Shown one piece after another: positions 1 to 8,861 of a DNA stretch of 64,000 nucleotides. The notes under the pieces are model-generated. The model worked only from the letters and a program-made list of their open reading frames with translations, searched no databases and had not been told where the DNA came from. This DNA comes from Rhodanobacteraceae bacterium (GTDB lineage Bacteria > Pseudomonadota > Gammaproteobacteria > Xanthomonadales > SZUA-5): assembly GCA_031409855.1 (NCBI GenBank), contig JANNYA010000226.1, positions 5,192 to 69,191 of the forward strand. Direction: 5' to 3'. The position numbers and the translations under genes were made by a program. Positions within the stretch are counted from its first letter, which is position 1; the number at the start of each line of letters is the position of its first letter.

Positions 1-1286
1 CCAAGTTGTGCAGAGATTTCGATTTTGCCAGCAGGCTTGATTGCAAGAATCTGAAGCACCCGATTTTTGAGCGGCTGTGACTCTGACTCTGGCTGCGACT
101 CTGGCTGCGACTCTGGCTGCTGCCTATCTTCGCTACCGATTTGACGCCAAACCACCGCACGAAACTGATTCGCCTCGCGTTCGTCAATCAAATCGATCTT
201 CGGCCAAGCTTGCAAAGCCCGTGGAATGCCAGTCCCTAAGCCGCGATACGGCAAAATGTGCGCCGCGTGTTCGGCCAGCACTTTGTTGCGCCGGTTCGAT
301 TGCCCAGCGCGAATCTGCGCCGGTGTCAGCGTGTCGGGCAAGTGCCCTGGACTGATAATTTCTACGCGATCAGAAAATACGAACAGGCGAACGGTAGCAC
401 TAATAAAGAAATCCCTATGCACCAGAGCATTGACCAATAGTTCGACAAACGCGGCCTCCGGTATTTCCAACTGGCCTAGGCTGTTGAAGCCTTGTTCGCC
501 CTGAACATGGTGCAAATTGCGTTTGATGAAGGCCATACCGCGTTGATATTGCTCTTCCAAAGTGCCGTCGATGTTTTCGCTGTCCAGATAGCGGTTGTCG
601 TATAGCACCGTGCCTGGAAAGCACACGGCAGCAATGAAGCACACCTGCAAACGGCGCTGCGGGTGTTTGCCGAACAGCAGCATGCCCGCCAAGTTGGGCA
701 CGTCATTTTGCGCTAGCTCCACATTCTCCAATAAGCGCATTAATGGCAAACCCGTTTGTTCAACGCTTTCGCCGTAGCGGCGCTCAAAATAACGCGCGAA
801 TGCACGTTCGTCGATATCGCTCGCAGTGGCATCGCGAACCGGCACTTGATCCGCCTGCAGCAGCCCGGATTGCTGAAACATGCGCTGCAGCTCCTCGCGC
901 GCCGTAACTTGGCGTTTGTCCGCACCACTTTTCACCCACACACGGCCCTGCAAATCCATGTAAGGCTTGTTGATGCCCTGCGCAACATCGACGACTAGGA
1001 CTAGTCCTTGTTCGGTTCGAATATTCTGGCTGGTAGGATTGAGCGGAGGACGCAAATGTTGGCTTGCCGCGTTGGACAGCAACTGATTGATGCGCCCGAT
1101 ATCCTGCTGCGTCAGGCCAATTAGCTGACCATCGTCGGCAACACCAATCAAGATCTGACCACCCGTGCCATTTGCAAGCGCCGCCAATTCGGCTGCCAGT
1201 GAATCAACGTTGCTGAAGTCACGTTTGAACTGGTGGCGACTATCTTCGCCACGCGCAAGAATGGCGTGCAGTTCAGCGGCGTCCAT
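1..1286 (-). CDS. AlbA_2/Schlafen-type putative DNA-binding domain + HATPase_c_4-like ATP-binding regulator (family often mis-annotated as RecG-like helicase). The 3' end runs off the window.
   Basis: Not in the supplied track because the frame stays open to position 1. Hand translation from the ATG at 1286-1284 gives MDAAELHAILARGEDSRHQFKRDFSNVDSLAAELAALANGTGGQILIGVADDGQLIGL...LVLVVDVAQGINKPYMDLQGRVWVKSGADKRQVT...LVNALVHRDFF...NRRNKVLAEH. This is followed by a PESQ-repeat linker and the start of a wHTH-like tail (LKNRVLQILAIKPAGKIEIS). The start overlaps the upstream stop (1273) by 14 nt. Confidence 0.7.
   Translation of the reverse strand, partial: MDAAELHAILARGEDSRHQFKRDFSNVDSLAAELAALANGTGGQILIGVADDGQLIGLTQQDIGRINQLLSNAASQHLRPPLNPTSQNIRTEQGLVLVVDVAQGINKPYMDLQGRVWVKSGADKRQVTAREELQRMFQQSGLLQADQVPVRDATASDIDERAFARYFERRYGESVEQTGLPLMRLLENVELAQNDVPNLAGMLLFGKHPQRRLQVCFIAAVCFPGTVLYDNRYLDSENIDGTLEEQYQRGMAFIKRNLHHVQGEQGFNSLGQLEIPEAAFVELLVNALVHRDFFISATVRLFVFSDRVEIISPGHLPDTLTPAQIRAGQSNRRNKVLAEHAAHILPYRGLGTGIPRALQAWPKIDLIDEREANQFRAVVWRQIGSEDRQQPESQPESQPESESQPLKNRVLQILAIKPAGKIEISAQL
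79..120. repeat. 12-bp tandem repeat GACTCTGGCTGC, 3 full copies (85-120) plus a partial copy (79-84)
   Basis: Read directly from the sequence. It lies inside the CDS at 1-1286 and encodes QPESQPESQPESES on the minus strand. Confidence 0.9.
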
Positions 1287-3420
1287 GGGCTTCACCGCCA
1301 CGCGGCCAATGCTTGATTTCCACCGGCGTGATCGTATCGGCCGGTTTGAAGCCAAAAATCTGGCCGTAAAAATACAGCTCCGCCTCTTGCGCCCGAATAA
1401 TGTTTTCTGACTTTCTAAAGCCGTGCTGTTCGCCTTCAAATTCAATATAGGCATGCGGCACGCCGCGCTGATCAAGGGCGGCAACAATGGCGCGTGACTG
1501 CGCGGGCGGCACGACTTTGTCCTCGCTGCCTTGCAGGGTAATCAGTGGTTCCGTGAAGCCTGCCAAATGATACAGCGGCGAACGTGCTCGATAGCGTTCT
1601 GCGTTCGGTGGGCCAACCAGGGACACATCATAATGGCGCTCAAACTTGTGGCTGGTGGCTGCCAATGCCGCAATGTCCGCGACGCCGTATAAGTTCGCGC
1701 CCGCTTTAAAGCGATCATGAAACGCCAGCGCCGCCAAGGTGGTGAAGCCGCCCGCACTGCCGCCGCGTATCGCGATGCGGTTCGCATCGACCTTTCCCTC
1801 AGCAATCAAAAAATCCACCGCCGCAATCGCATCGTTAACATCTACGACGCCCCACTCACCATGCAATCGTTCGCGGTAGGCGCGCCCGTAACTGGTGGAT
1901 CCGCCGTAATTCACATCTACCACAGCAAAACCGCGCGTAGTCCAATATTGCCGCGCTAAATTCAACGTCGATCGTGCTACCCCGGTTGGTCCGCCGTGGA
2001 TGGTCACAATTAACGGTGGCAGCTCGCCCTCGGCACCTTGCAGCGTCGCGTGCGTCGGCGGATAAAACCACGCATGCGCAGTGCGCACCAGCTTATCGGC
2101 ACCGGCCACCGTGGCAAATTCAATCGCCTCAGCGCGCGCCAAATAATCCTCCGGCAGCGTATTTTGCTTGGGTTGATGCAATACGCGCCAAACACCGCTC
2201 GCCAACGTGATCTCGATCAATACGCCGGTGTCATCGCTGGCTTGCGCCAAGGCCACCGCGTGCTCCGCATCGAGCAGTTGCACTTCTGAAAACGCGACAA
2301 AGGGCAGATCAAAGGCTTGATAGCGGCCCGTGCTTAAATCGATCACGCCCAACGCATCCATCGCGCTTTTAGTGCTGCGCACCAGCGCCCGGCCATCACT
2401 GGTCAACACATAACTGCTGACGCCCAAATTCCACATCGGCCCCGCAAATTCATGCGGCATCGTGCTAACCGACTGCACAGCGCCATTCTGCCAGCGCTGC
2501 AAATTCCACCAGTCAGCGACAGCGCGGGACTCGCCCAGTGCAGCATGGTCAGCGACAAAATACAGCGTGCCGTCGCTTGCGTATTTCGGCTCCAGCGCCG
2601 CCACCGATTCCGCATCCAGTAGCGTCGCCGCCGCCCCCAAGCCAGTCGCGCTGAGTTTGGCTTGCTTCAAGCGCGTGCGTTCCCACGGCATGTGCGGGTG
2701 ATTCCATTCTACCCACGCCATCATGCCATCAGCGCTGACGCTGGGTGAAGCAACAAAATCCGAGCCGGTGACTAGAATTTGCGCTTCAGCCGCTGCCGAA
2801 CTTGGCAAGGCGAGCGCGACGATTTCATTGCGTTCCTCACCGCCATTTGCGGCCATCGTCGTTGCGCGGTGGTCTTCACGCACCCAAATCATACGTTGAT
2901 GCCGCACATCCAATACTGCATCGGCGAACTGAAAGCCGCCCTCCGTCAAGACCACCGGAGCGTTTGCACCGGCATCAGTTTGTTCTGGGAACGCCTGACT
3001 ATAAAGCCGCTGATCAGCAAAATTGGCAAACACCACGCCGCTATCGGTCACCAAATAAGCGTTGCCGCCATACTCATGCACCCGCGTGCGCACATTAAAT
3101 CCAGCCGGTGTCAGCGCATCCACAGCACCATTGGCATTGCGACGCATCAACACCTGCCGCCCGCCCTCCGCCGGCCGGCTCTCACGCCAAAAAACCGCAC
3201 CCGCATGTGTGCGCAAATCGCTCATAGCCACCGAAGCCTGCGCCAAACTGGCCGCGCTGATCGGGCTCGGCCAACTGCCGTACGGTGCACTGGTTTTAGG
3301 CATGGTATCGCTAACCTTAGAGGGTGAAAGATCGCCCGGCGTGGTCGGTACCGGTGCGCAGGCGCTGAGTAAAAGCCAGGCGTTGAGTAAAAGTAATGGC
3401 AGATAGGTTTTAGCGCGCAT
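1273..3420 (-). CDS. S9 family serine peptidase (prolyl oligopeptidase / dipeptidyl aminopeptidase-acylaminoacyl peptidase type), probable lipoprotein
   Basis: The C-terminal alpha/beta hydrolase part has the nucleophile elbow IRGGSAGGF, then GSEDKVVP and GEQHGF (Ser-Asp-His). The N-terminal part is propeller-like. I place the start at MRAKTYLPLLLLNAWLLLSAC (ATG 3420-3418), which gives a signal peptide plus lipobox. The 55-codon upstream extension in the track has no support. Confidence 0.85.
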   Translation of the reverse strand: MRAKTYLPLLLLNAWLLLSACAPVPTTPGDLSPSKVSDTMPKTSAPYGSWPSPISAASLAQASVAMSDLRTHAGAVFWRESRPAEGGRQVLMRRNANGAVDALTPAGFNVRTRVHEYGGNAYLVTDSGVVFANFADQRLYSQAFPEQTDAGANAPVVLTEGGFQFADAVLDVRHQRMIWVREDHRATTMAANGGEERNEIVALALPSSAAAEAQILVTGSDFVASPSVSADGMMAWVEWNHPHMPWERTRLKQAKLSATGLGAAATLLDAESVAALEPKYASDGTLYFVADHAALGESRAVADWWNLQRWQNGAVQSVSTMPHEFAGPMWNLGVSSYVLTSDGRALVRSTKSAMDALGVIDLSTGRYQAFDLPFVAFSEVQLLDAEHAVALAQASDDTGVLIEITLASGVWRVLHQPKQNTLPEDYLARAEAIEFATVAGADKLVRTAHAWFYPPTHATLQGAEGELPPLIVTIHGGPTGVARSTLNLARQYWTTRGFAVVDVNYGGSTSYGRAYRERLHGEWGVVDVNDAIAAVDFLIAEGKVDANRIAIRGGSAGGFTTLAALAFHDRFKAGANLYGVADIAALAATSHKFERHYDVSLVGPPNAERYRARSPLYHLAGFTEPLITLQGSEDKVVPPAQSRAIVAALDQRGVPHAYIEFEGEQHGFRKSENIIRAQEAELYFYGQIFGFKPADTITPVEIKHWPRGGEAHGRR

Positions 3421-3490
3421 TGGCTTGACTCGGGGGTTTGCTGCGGAGATTAGCCGGGATTCCTTGGCTACGATACATTTAAAAACGTGT

Positions 3491-3501
3491 GACATCATGT
3501 C
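3491..3501. promoter_or_regulatory. Perfect 11-bp palindrome GACATCATGTC in the upstream region of the S9 peptidase gene; possible operator
   Basis: Read directly from the sequence. It sits about 70-80 nt upstream of the 3420 start. A T9 (minus strand: A9) homopolymer lies at 3520-3528. Confidence 0.2.
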
Positions 3502-3673
3502 CAAAAGGCGGAAAGAGGCTTTTTTTTTCTGGGGCAAGGCTCGCTCATACGAAGCCGGACGCGCACCTGCCTTGCTTGCCTCCACATAGGAACGCAGTAC
3601 AGCATTGATACGCGATTGATAGCGCTTGCCTCTGCGCGGAAATTCGATAAGTGCAGCACCGATTGAGCCTTAC

Positions 3674-4654
3674 TCACCCGGCCCGCAACATACCCGCAGC
3701 ACGCATCCAAGCACAGGTATCCCGCACCAATTGCGGCAATGGCGTGACCTGCAGACCAAGCTCAGCCTGTGCTTTACTGATGTCGCAACGCATCGCATGC
3801 GTGACAAACGCCACGGACTCGGGCGTGATATGCGGCTCAACGCCGGTGAACGCGGCGGCAATCACCTTAAGGCGCGCCAGTGCTGCAATCAAAAATGCGG
3901 GGGTCGCGCGGCTGGGCGCTTTGCGGCCTAGCTCGGCGGCGATTAGCTGCACTAATTCCAAAAAACTGGCCTGGACACCGCCCAACAGATAGCTTTCACC
4001 ACTGCGGCCGACTTCAAATGCGCGTAAATGTGCCGCCGCCACTTGCCTGACATCGGCAAATGAGCCCTTTCCCGGCGGTGCACCGGGCAGTTTTTCGGTG
4101 TCCACCAGCTGAATTAGCCGGGCCCAGTTATGCTGATCTTGCGGCCCAAGCAAATGCGTCGGGTTCAGTATTATTGCGTCCAAACCGCTTTCCAGCACCA
4201 ATGCCTGCGCCACAGCCTTGGTGTGCGCATAATTAATCCAGCTATTTAACCCCAGGTGCGGTGAATTTTCGTCAATTGTCTGATCAGTCAAGCCATACAC
4301 CGCCACCGTTGAGGTATCGATAAAGCGCCCGACTTTGCCTTTCGCTGCGGCTAAAACATGGGCAATACCCTGCACATTTACCTGCGTTTGAGCGGCATTG
4401 TTGCGCGCCCACATATTCGTGCTGGCAGCGACATGAAATAGCGCATCCACGGGGGAGCGGAGTGCGCGATTCAGCGAATCGGCATCTACTACATCGCCCA
4501 AATGCACAAACAATTTCGGGTGTTTCGCCAGTTCAGGCTGCAGTTTGCCAGGGTCACGCACTAAAACGGCGACGTCGTGCCCAAGATCCAGCGCCTGCGC
4601 CAGTACATGACCGCCTAAAAAGCCCGTCGCTCCGGTTAAAAATAGCTTTGCCAT
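3674..4654 (-). CDS. NAD(P)-dependent epimerase/dehydratase family (extended SDR) oxidoreductase
   Basis: The N-terminal Rossmann motif is MAKLFLTGATGFLGGHV, and a YxxxK-type segment (YAHTKAVA) is present. The start is set at ATG 4654-4652 at the Rossmann fold. The longer track ORF adds 54 unsupported codons. Confidence 0.8.
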   Translation of the reverse strand: MAKLFLTGATGFLGGHVLAQALDLGHDVAVLVRDPGKLQPELAKHPKLFVHLGDVVDADSLNRALRSPVDALFHVAASTNMWARNNAAQTQVNVQGIAHVLAAAKGKVGRFIDTSTVAVYGLTDQTIDENSPHLGLNSWINYAHTKAVAQALVLESGLDAIILNPTHLLGPQDQHNWARLIQLVDTEKLPGAPPGKGSFADVRQVAAAHLRAFEVGRSGESYLLGGVQASFLELVQLIAAELGRKAPSRATPAFLIAALARLKVIAAAFTGVEPHITPESVAFVTHAMRCDISKAQAELGLQVTPLPQLVRDTCAWMRAAGMLRAG

Positions 4655-4781
4655 ACAGCACTCAAGTTCAAAAATTGATCGTGTGGCGAATATACCCTGG
4701 TGCGACGCAGCGGCGACAAATCGACATTTACTGAATCCAGAAACTGCGCGCCTTTGCATTCGCACGCTACACTTAGCGCCT

Positions 4782-5060
4782 ATGCGAATTTTCATGCAAG
4801 CTTTACCGGCTGCCAACGAGGCACCTAAATATCTTCAGCTCGTGCTGCAGCAAGATTTGCTGGGCGGCTGGACGTTAATCAAAGAATCCGGCCAGCAAGG
4901 CGGCAAAATTCAAGTCAAACGTGAGCTTTTTCTCGACTTGGCGGCGGCGCAAGCGGCACTGACCAGCGCCCGTGATCAGCAGCTCAAAAAGGGCTTCAAT
5001 ATTATGTTTGCCGAGGGCGAAGACCTGCGCGCGCAAGGTGGATTGCGTGCCTATGGCTAG
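4782..5060 (+). CDS. Small WGR-domain-like protein (degenerate WGR motif)
   Basis: KYLQLVLQQDLLGGWTLIKESGQQGGKIQVKRELFLDLAAAQAALTSARDQQLKKGF follows the pattern of small bacterial WGR proteins (FY.L...DLFGGW.L.R.WGRIG..G....F....A...........K.KRGY). WGR itself is replaced by SGQ. The start is ambiguous (ATG 4782 or 4794). Confidence 0.5.
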   Translation: MRIFMQALPAANEAPKYLQLVLQQDLLGGWTLIKESGQQGGKIQVKRELFLDLAAAQAALTSARDQQLKKGFNIMFAEGEDLRAQGGLRAYG

Positions 5061-5649
5061 ATTTTGCTCGGCTGCCCTACTTTTGCTAACCGCAATCGCT
5101 GCAAACGCTGAATCGGAGCGCTGCGTACCGGCGCCAGATGGCCGCTGGCTCTGTGGCAAAGATGTCAGCGAAGCCGATGCCGCGCCCTTGCCCGAGCCCC
5201 AGTCACGGAGCCTACCGCCGGTGATGCTGATCGACCCAGCGCGCTTTGGCGAAGGTGATATTGAGACGGAGTTACCGCCAGATATGCCCGAGGCCGCCAT
5301 TGCTGAAGCGTCAGAAATTGCAAAGCCCGCAACGGCTCAAATGCCGGTAGCTGCGGCAAAGTCAGCCAGCATGGATGAGCGAAGTACAATGCCCACCGCC
5401 CTACCCGAGCTGGCTACAAGCAGCAATTTTGCGGTGCAGCTAGCACTTGCCAGCTCACCGCGCGGTTTTGACGCGTTGCTGGCTAAACTTGGGCTCGCCG
5501 CGCGCAATTCCCAGCGTCGGCAATTGGCAAATGGCAGCTGGGTGCTGCTATTAGGTAGTTTCAATTCAATCGCGCAAGCGCGTGATGCCATTCCGAGCGG
5601 CGTTGACGGTGCTTTCGCGCGTGACACGTCCACGCTAAATTTTAGATAG
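5053..5649 (+). CDS. SPOR domain-containing (peptidoglycan-binding) secreted protein
   Basis: Signal peptide MARFCSAALLLLTAIAANA. The C-terminal SPOR-like segment is NFAVQLALASSPRGFDALLAKLGLAARNSQRRQLANGSWVLLLGSFNSIAQARDAI. The start ATG at 5053 overlaps the WGR-like gene stop by 8 nt. Confidence 0.7.
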   Translation: MARFCSAALLLLTAIAANAESERCVPAPDGRWLCGKDVSEADAAPLPEPQSRSLPPVMLIDPARFGEGDIETELPPDMPEAAIAEASEIAKPATAQMPVAAAKSASMDERSTMPTALPELATSSNFAVQLALASSPRGFDALLAKLGLAARNSQRRQLANGSWVLLLGSFNSIAQARDAIPSGVDGAFARDTSTLNFR

Positions 5650-5658
5650 CCTCTTACT

Positions 5659-5698
5659 TTTAAAGAAACTATGAAAAATTTAAAGAAACTATGAAAAA
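5659..5698. repeat. Perfect 20-bp tandem duplication (TTTAAAGAAACTATGAAAAA x2) spanning the hemE start codon
   Basis: Read directly: 5659-5678 is identical to 5679-5698. Each copy carries an ATG (5671 and 5691). Confidence 0.95.
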
Positions 5699-6761
5699 CA
5701 ATCGATTCTTAGCGGCACTCGCACGCCAGCCAGTAGACCGGGTGCCCGTGTGGCTGATGCGCCAAGCTGGGCGCTATTTACCGGAATATCGCGCCACCCG
5801 CGAACGCGCAGGCAGCTTTTTGGCGCTGGCGCAAAACCCGGAATTCGCCTGCGAAGTAACGCTGCAGCCGCTCGCGCGCTTTCCTCTTGATGCCGCGATT
5901 TTGTTTTCTGACATCCTGACCATTCCCGATGCGTTCGGATTAGGCCTGCACTTTATCGACGGCGAAGGCCCGCGTTTTGCACGCCGAATTGAATCCGCCA
6001 GCGATGTCAGCGCCCTGCCCTCGGCAAACGTCGTGGACTCGTTGCGCTATGTCAGCGATGCGGTTTCGCTGATTCGCAAAGAACTCAACGAGTCCGTGCC
6101 GCTGATTGGCTTTTCCGGGGCGCCGTGGACGCTGTTTTGCTACATGTTAGAGGGCGGCGGCAGCACAAATTATCATCGCGCCAAGCGCTTTATGCTGGAC
6201 GAAGCCAAAGCCGCACACCTGCTACTCGATAAATTGGCCGATGCCGTAATTGAGTACTTAATCATGCAGGCGAAAGCCGGTGCGCAAGTGCTGATGCTGT
6301 TTGACAGCTGGGCCGGGCTATTGGCCGCGCCACACTATCAAGAATTTTGTGAGCGCTATTTGCGCAAAATCACGCACGCGATTAAAGCAGACCCGGCCAG
6401 CGCGAACTTGCCGCTGATTGTGTTTGCCAAGGGCGCAAATATGCACCTGGAAAGCTTGAGCTTGTTGGGCAGTGATGCGCTTGGGCTGGATTGGACGGTG
6501 CCGATTAGCCAGGCGCGTCAATTAACCGGCGGGCGCGTCGCGCTGCAGGGCAATCTCGACCCCGCCGTGCTCTACGCGCAGCCGGATCAAATTCGCGCGG
6601 AAGTGGCGCTGTTGCTGGAAGACGCAACGACGGCACCCGGCCACATTTTCAATCTCGGCCACGGCATGAACCCGGATATGTTGCCCGAGCACGCGGCGGT
6701 TGTGGTTGATGCGGTGCATAGCTACTCCGCCGCGCAACGTGCGCGCATCAGTTTGGCTTAG
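5691..6761 (+). CDS. hemE: Uroporphyrinogen decarboxylase
   Basis: Near-colinear similarity to E. coli HemE as recalled: PVWLMRQAGRYLPEYRATR, LQPLARFPLDAAILFSDILTIPDA, LIGFSGAPWTL, ALQGNLDP, FNLGHG. Confidence 0.95.
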   Translation: MKNNRFLAALARQPVDRVPVWLMRQAGRYLPEYRATRERAGSFLALAQNPEFACEVTLQPLARFPLDAAILFSDILTIPDAFGLGLHFIDGEGPRFARRIESASDVSALPSANVVDSLRYVSDAVSLIRKELNESVPLIGFSGAPWTLFCYMLEGGGSTNYHRAKRFMLDEAKAAHLLLDKLADAVIEYLIMQAKAGAQVLMLFDSWAGLLAAPHYQEFCERYLRKITHAIKADPASANLPLIVFAKGANMHLESLSLLGSDALGLDWTVPISQARQLTGGRVALQGNLDPAVLYAQPDQIRAEVALLLEDATTAPGHIFNLGHGMNPDMLPEHAAVVVDAVHSYSAAQRARISLA

Positions 6762-6776
6762 GCTAGGCGTAGGTCA

Positions 6777-7463
6777 ATGAGCAACCCACATTTCACCCCC
6801 GAGTCGCTGCAATTTCTGCGGGATTTGGCAGAGAACAACAGCCGGGAATGGTTCACCCCGCGCAAGGCGCAATACGAAGCGCTAGTGCGGGATCCATTTT
6901 TGGCGCTGATTGAAGTCATGCAGCCCGCACTTGCGAAAATCAGCCCACACTTTCGCGCCGATCCCAAACCGATTGGCGGCAGCCTATTTCGGCTGTATCG
7001 CGACGCGCGCTTTTCCAACGACAAATCCCCCTACAAACCCTGGGCCGGTGCGCGTTTTTTCCACGAACGCGCAAAGCAAACCCCAGCGCCCAGCTTTTAT
7101 CTGCACATCGCCCCCGGCGATTGCTTTATCGGCGGCGGAATTTGGCACCCGGAACCACCCACTCAGCGCAAAATTCGCGAATTCATCCTGGAAAACCCCA
7201 GCAGCTGGATCGAAGCCACGCAAGTCGCGCCGTTCAACAGCCACTTCACGCTCGGCGGTGACACGCTAGTGCGCCCACCGCGCGGATTCGATGCCACGCA
7301 TCCGCTCGTCAACGACATCAAACGCAAAGACTTCGTTGCGCTAAGGCCCCTAACCGACGCACAAGTTTGTCATAGTGGCCTGCTGACCCAAGTTGCAACC
7401 TGCTTTAGCAGCTGCGCACCGTTGATTGATTATTTGTGTGCGGCGTTGGAATTGGAGTTTTAG
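6777..7463 (+). CDS. DUF2461 (TIGR02453) family protein
   Basis: FTPESLQFLRDLAENNSREWF...GGSLFRLYRDARFSNDKSPYKPW matches the family's typical N-terminal and central motifs. Confidence 0.85.
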   Translation: MSNPHFTPESLQFLRDLAENNSREWFTPRKAQYEALVRDPFLALIEVMQPALAKISPHFRADPKPIGGSLFRLYRDARFSNDKSPYKPWAGARFFHERAKQTPAPSFYLHIAPGDCFIGGGIWHPEPPTQRKIREFILENPSSWIEATQVAPFNSHFTLGGDTLVRPPRGFDATHPLVNDIKRKDFVALRPLTDAQVCHSGLLTQVATCFSSCAPLIDYLCAALELEF

Positions 7464-7482
7464 AGGTTTTCGCGATGTGGAT

Positions 7483-8814
7483 ATGTCGTACGATGCGGCA
7501 TTAAATCAGCAGTACAACCCGACCAGAATGCGGCAAATTGACCTACAACTACCATCCCCAAAACGTGATCGTTCATCGTCCACTGGACGTGCGGGCTGGT
7601 ATCCCTACTATGCAGGTTTTTCGGCTGGTTTTGCGGGCGCAATCATGGATCGCTTTTGCACAAAGCAAGATGCGCGCATTTTGGACTCATGGAACGGCAG
7701 CGGCACGACGACAGCCGTTGCCGCTTCGCGTGGGATAGAGAGTTTTGGCTTTGATCTCAATCCGGTTATGTCTATCGTGGCTAGGGCGCGGTTATTGAGT
7801 AAGCGCGAACGATCCAGTTTGATTTCTTTAGCACGAGCAATTAATTCACTCGCACCAAAGGTCTCGTTTGACCAGTCCGACGCGTTAGCGACTTGGTTCA
7901 AACCAGCAACTGTCACAACGATTCGCAGCATTGAAAGCGCGATTCAACGACTATTCTTTGGTGATGATCGCCTGACGATGGCAACGCATATGCAAGAGCG
8001 CCCATTTTCAGATCTAGCCGCCTTTTTTTATGTCGCTCTATTCCGAACGGTTCGCGGGCTTTTGTCGACGTTGCAAAGCTCCAACCCTACCTGGATGAAG
8101 CGCCCAAAATGCGCCGCTGATCGCATTCAACTGCCCAGAAACTTAATTTTTGACGAATTTTTAGCGAACGCAGTACTTATGGAAGCCGCGCTAGACGCAG
8201 ATGCGTTTGAGATGGATGGCAAAGTGCATATCCAAGTAGCTGCGTCGGCAAATATACCGATGGCATCGAATTCCATCGACTTCGTGCTTACCTCTCCGCC
8301 CTATTGCACCCGAATTGACTACGCAGCAGCAACGCGAATAGAACTCGCAATTCTAGGGATTTCCGATGGCGAGCCTTTTGAGTCCCTGCGTCGAAAGCTT
8401 ATGGGCACAACCACAGTCCCCCGTATTGCGCCAGTACGCAAAGATTCGTGGGGCACCCTTTGCAACGAATTTCTGCAAGCTGTGGAATCCCACTCTTCCC
8501 GAGCATCAGCTGTTTACTATCTGAAAGGCCACTGCCAGTATTTTGATGGTCTTCAAGCATCGGTCAATGAGCTACACCGTTGCCTTAAAACATCTGGGCA
8601 AGTTTGCATGGTCGTGCAAGATTCGTTTTACAAAGACATACATATTGATCTTGCTGGCATTTGCATCGAAATGGCTCAACCATTAGGTATGGAGCTAAGC
8701 TTTCGCCAGGATTTTATTCAATCAAGAAATCGGGCCCAGGCCCATCCAAACGCTAAGCCCTATCGAAACAGCGCGCAAGCGACAGAAAGTGTGTTGGTGC
8801 TTACTAAGCACTGA
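7483..8814 (+). CDS. Amino (N6-adenine or N4-cytosine) DNA methyltransferase with no cognate classical endonuclease
   Basis: The AdoMet-binding motif is ILDSWNGSGTTTAVAASRGIESFGFDLNP (GSGTT at 7696-7710). The catalytic tetrapeptide SPPY lies in DFVLTSPPYCTRIDY (8293-8304). The start is ATG 7483 or the in-frame GTG 7477. The track ORF start at 7426 would overlap the upstream gene. GC is lower than in the flanks. Confidence 0.75.
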   Translation: MSYDAALNQQYNPTRMRQIDLQLPSPKRDRSSSTGRAGWYPYYAGFSAGFAGAIMDRFCTKQDARILDSWNGSGTTTAVAASRGIESFGFDLNPVMSIVARARLLSKRERSSLISLARAINSLAPKVSFDQSDALATWFKPATVTTIRSIESAIQRLFFGDDRLTMATHMQERPFSDLAAFFYVALFRTVRGLLSTLQSSNPTWMKRPKCAADRIQLPRNLIFDEFLANAVLMEAALDADAFEMDGKVHIQVAASANIPMASNSIDFVLTSPPYCTRIDYAAATRIELAILGISDGEPFESLRRKLMGTTTVPRIAPVRKDSWGTLCNEFLQAVESHSSRASAVYYLKGHCQYFDGLQASVNELHRCLKTSGQVCMVVQDSFYKDIHIDLAGICIEMAQPLGMELSFRQDFIQSRNRAQAHPNAKPYRNSAQATESVLVLTKH

Positions 8815-8861
8815 TTCGCCCGAAAGTTGCTGTTAGTCATGACAAGAAAGGAATTTTTATT

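Noticed and set aside
79-120. Whether the short tandem repeats (12-bp x3.5 here, 20-bp x2 at 5659-5698) are a CRISPR array
   Set aside because: The units are contiguous with no spacers, far shorter than CRISPR repeats, and lie in a CDS or at a start codon. I saw no cas genes anywhere in the window.
2779-3327. A 182-aa + ORF, with others at 2802-3098 and 3062-3406, inside the S9 peptidase gene
   Set aside because: It is antisense to a CDS with a clear S9 catalytic triad, and the sequence does not look coding.
3421-3585. Long N-terminal extensions offered by the ORF track, here and at 4655-4816, 7426-7482, 19379-19462, 25195-25263, 36522-36671, 40606-40635 and 62308-62499
   Set aside because: In each case a downstream ATG coincides with the start of homology, a signal peptide or a Rossmann fold, often with an RBS. 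The extension would overlap the neighbouring gene or add compositionally odd residues.
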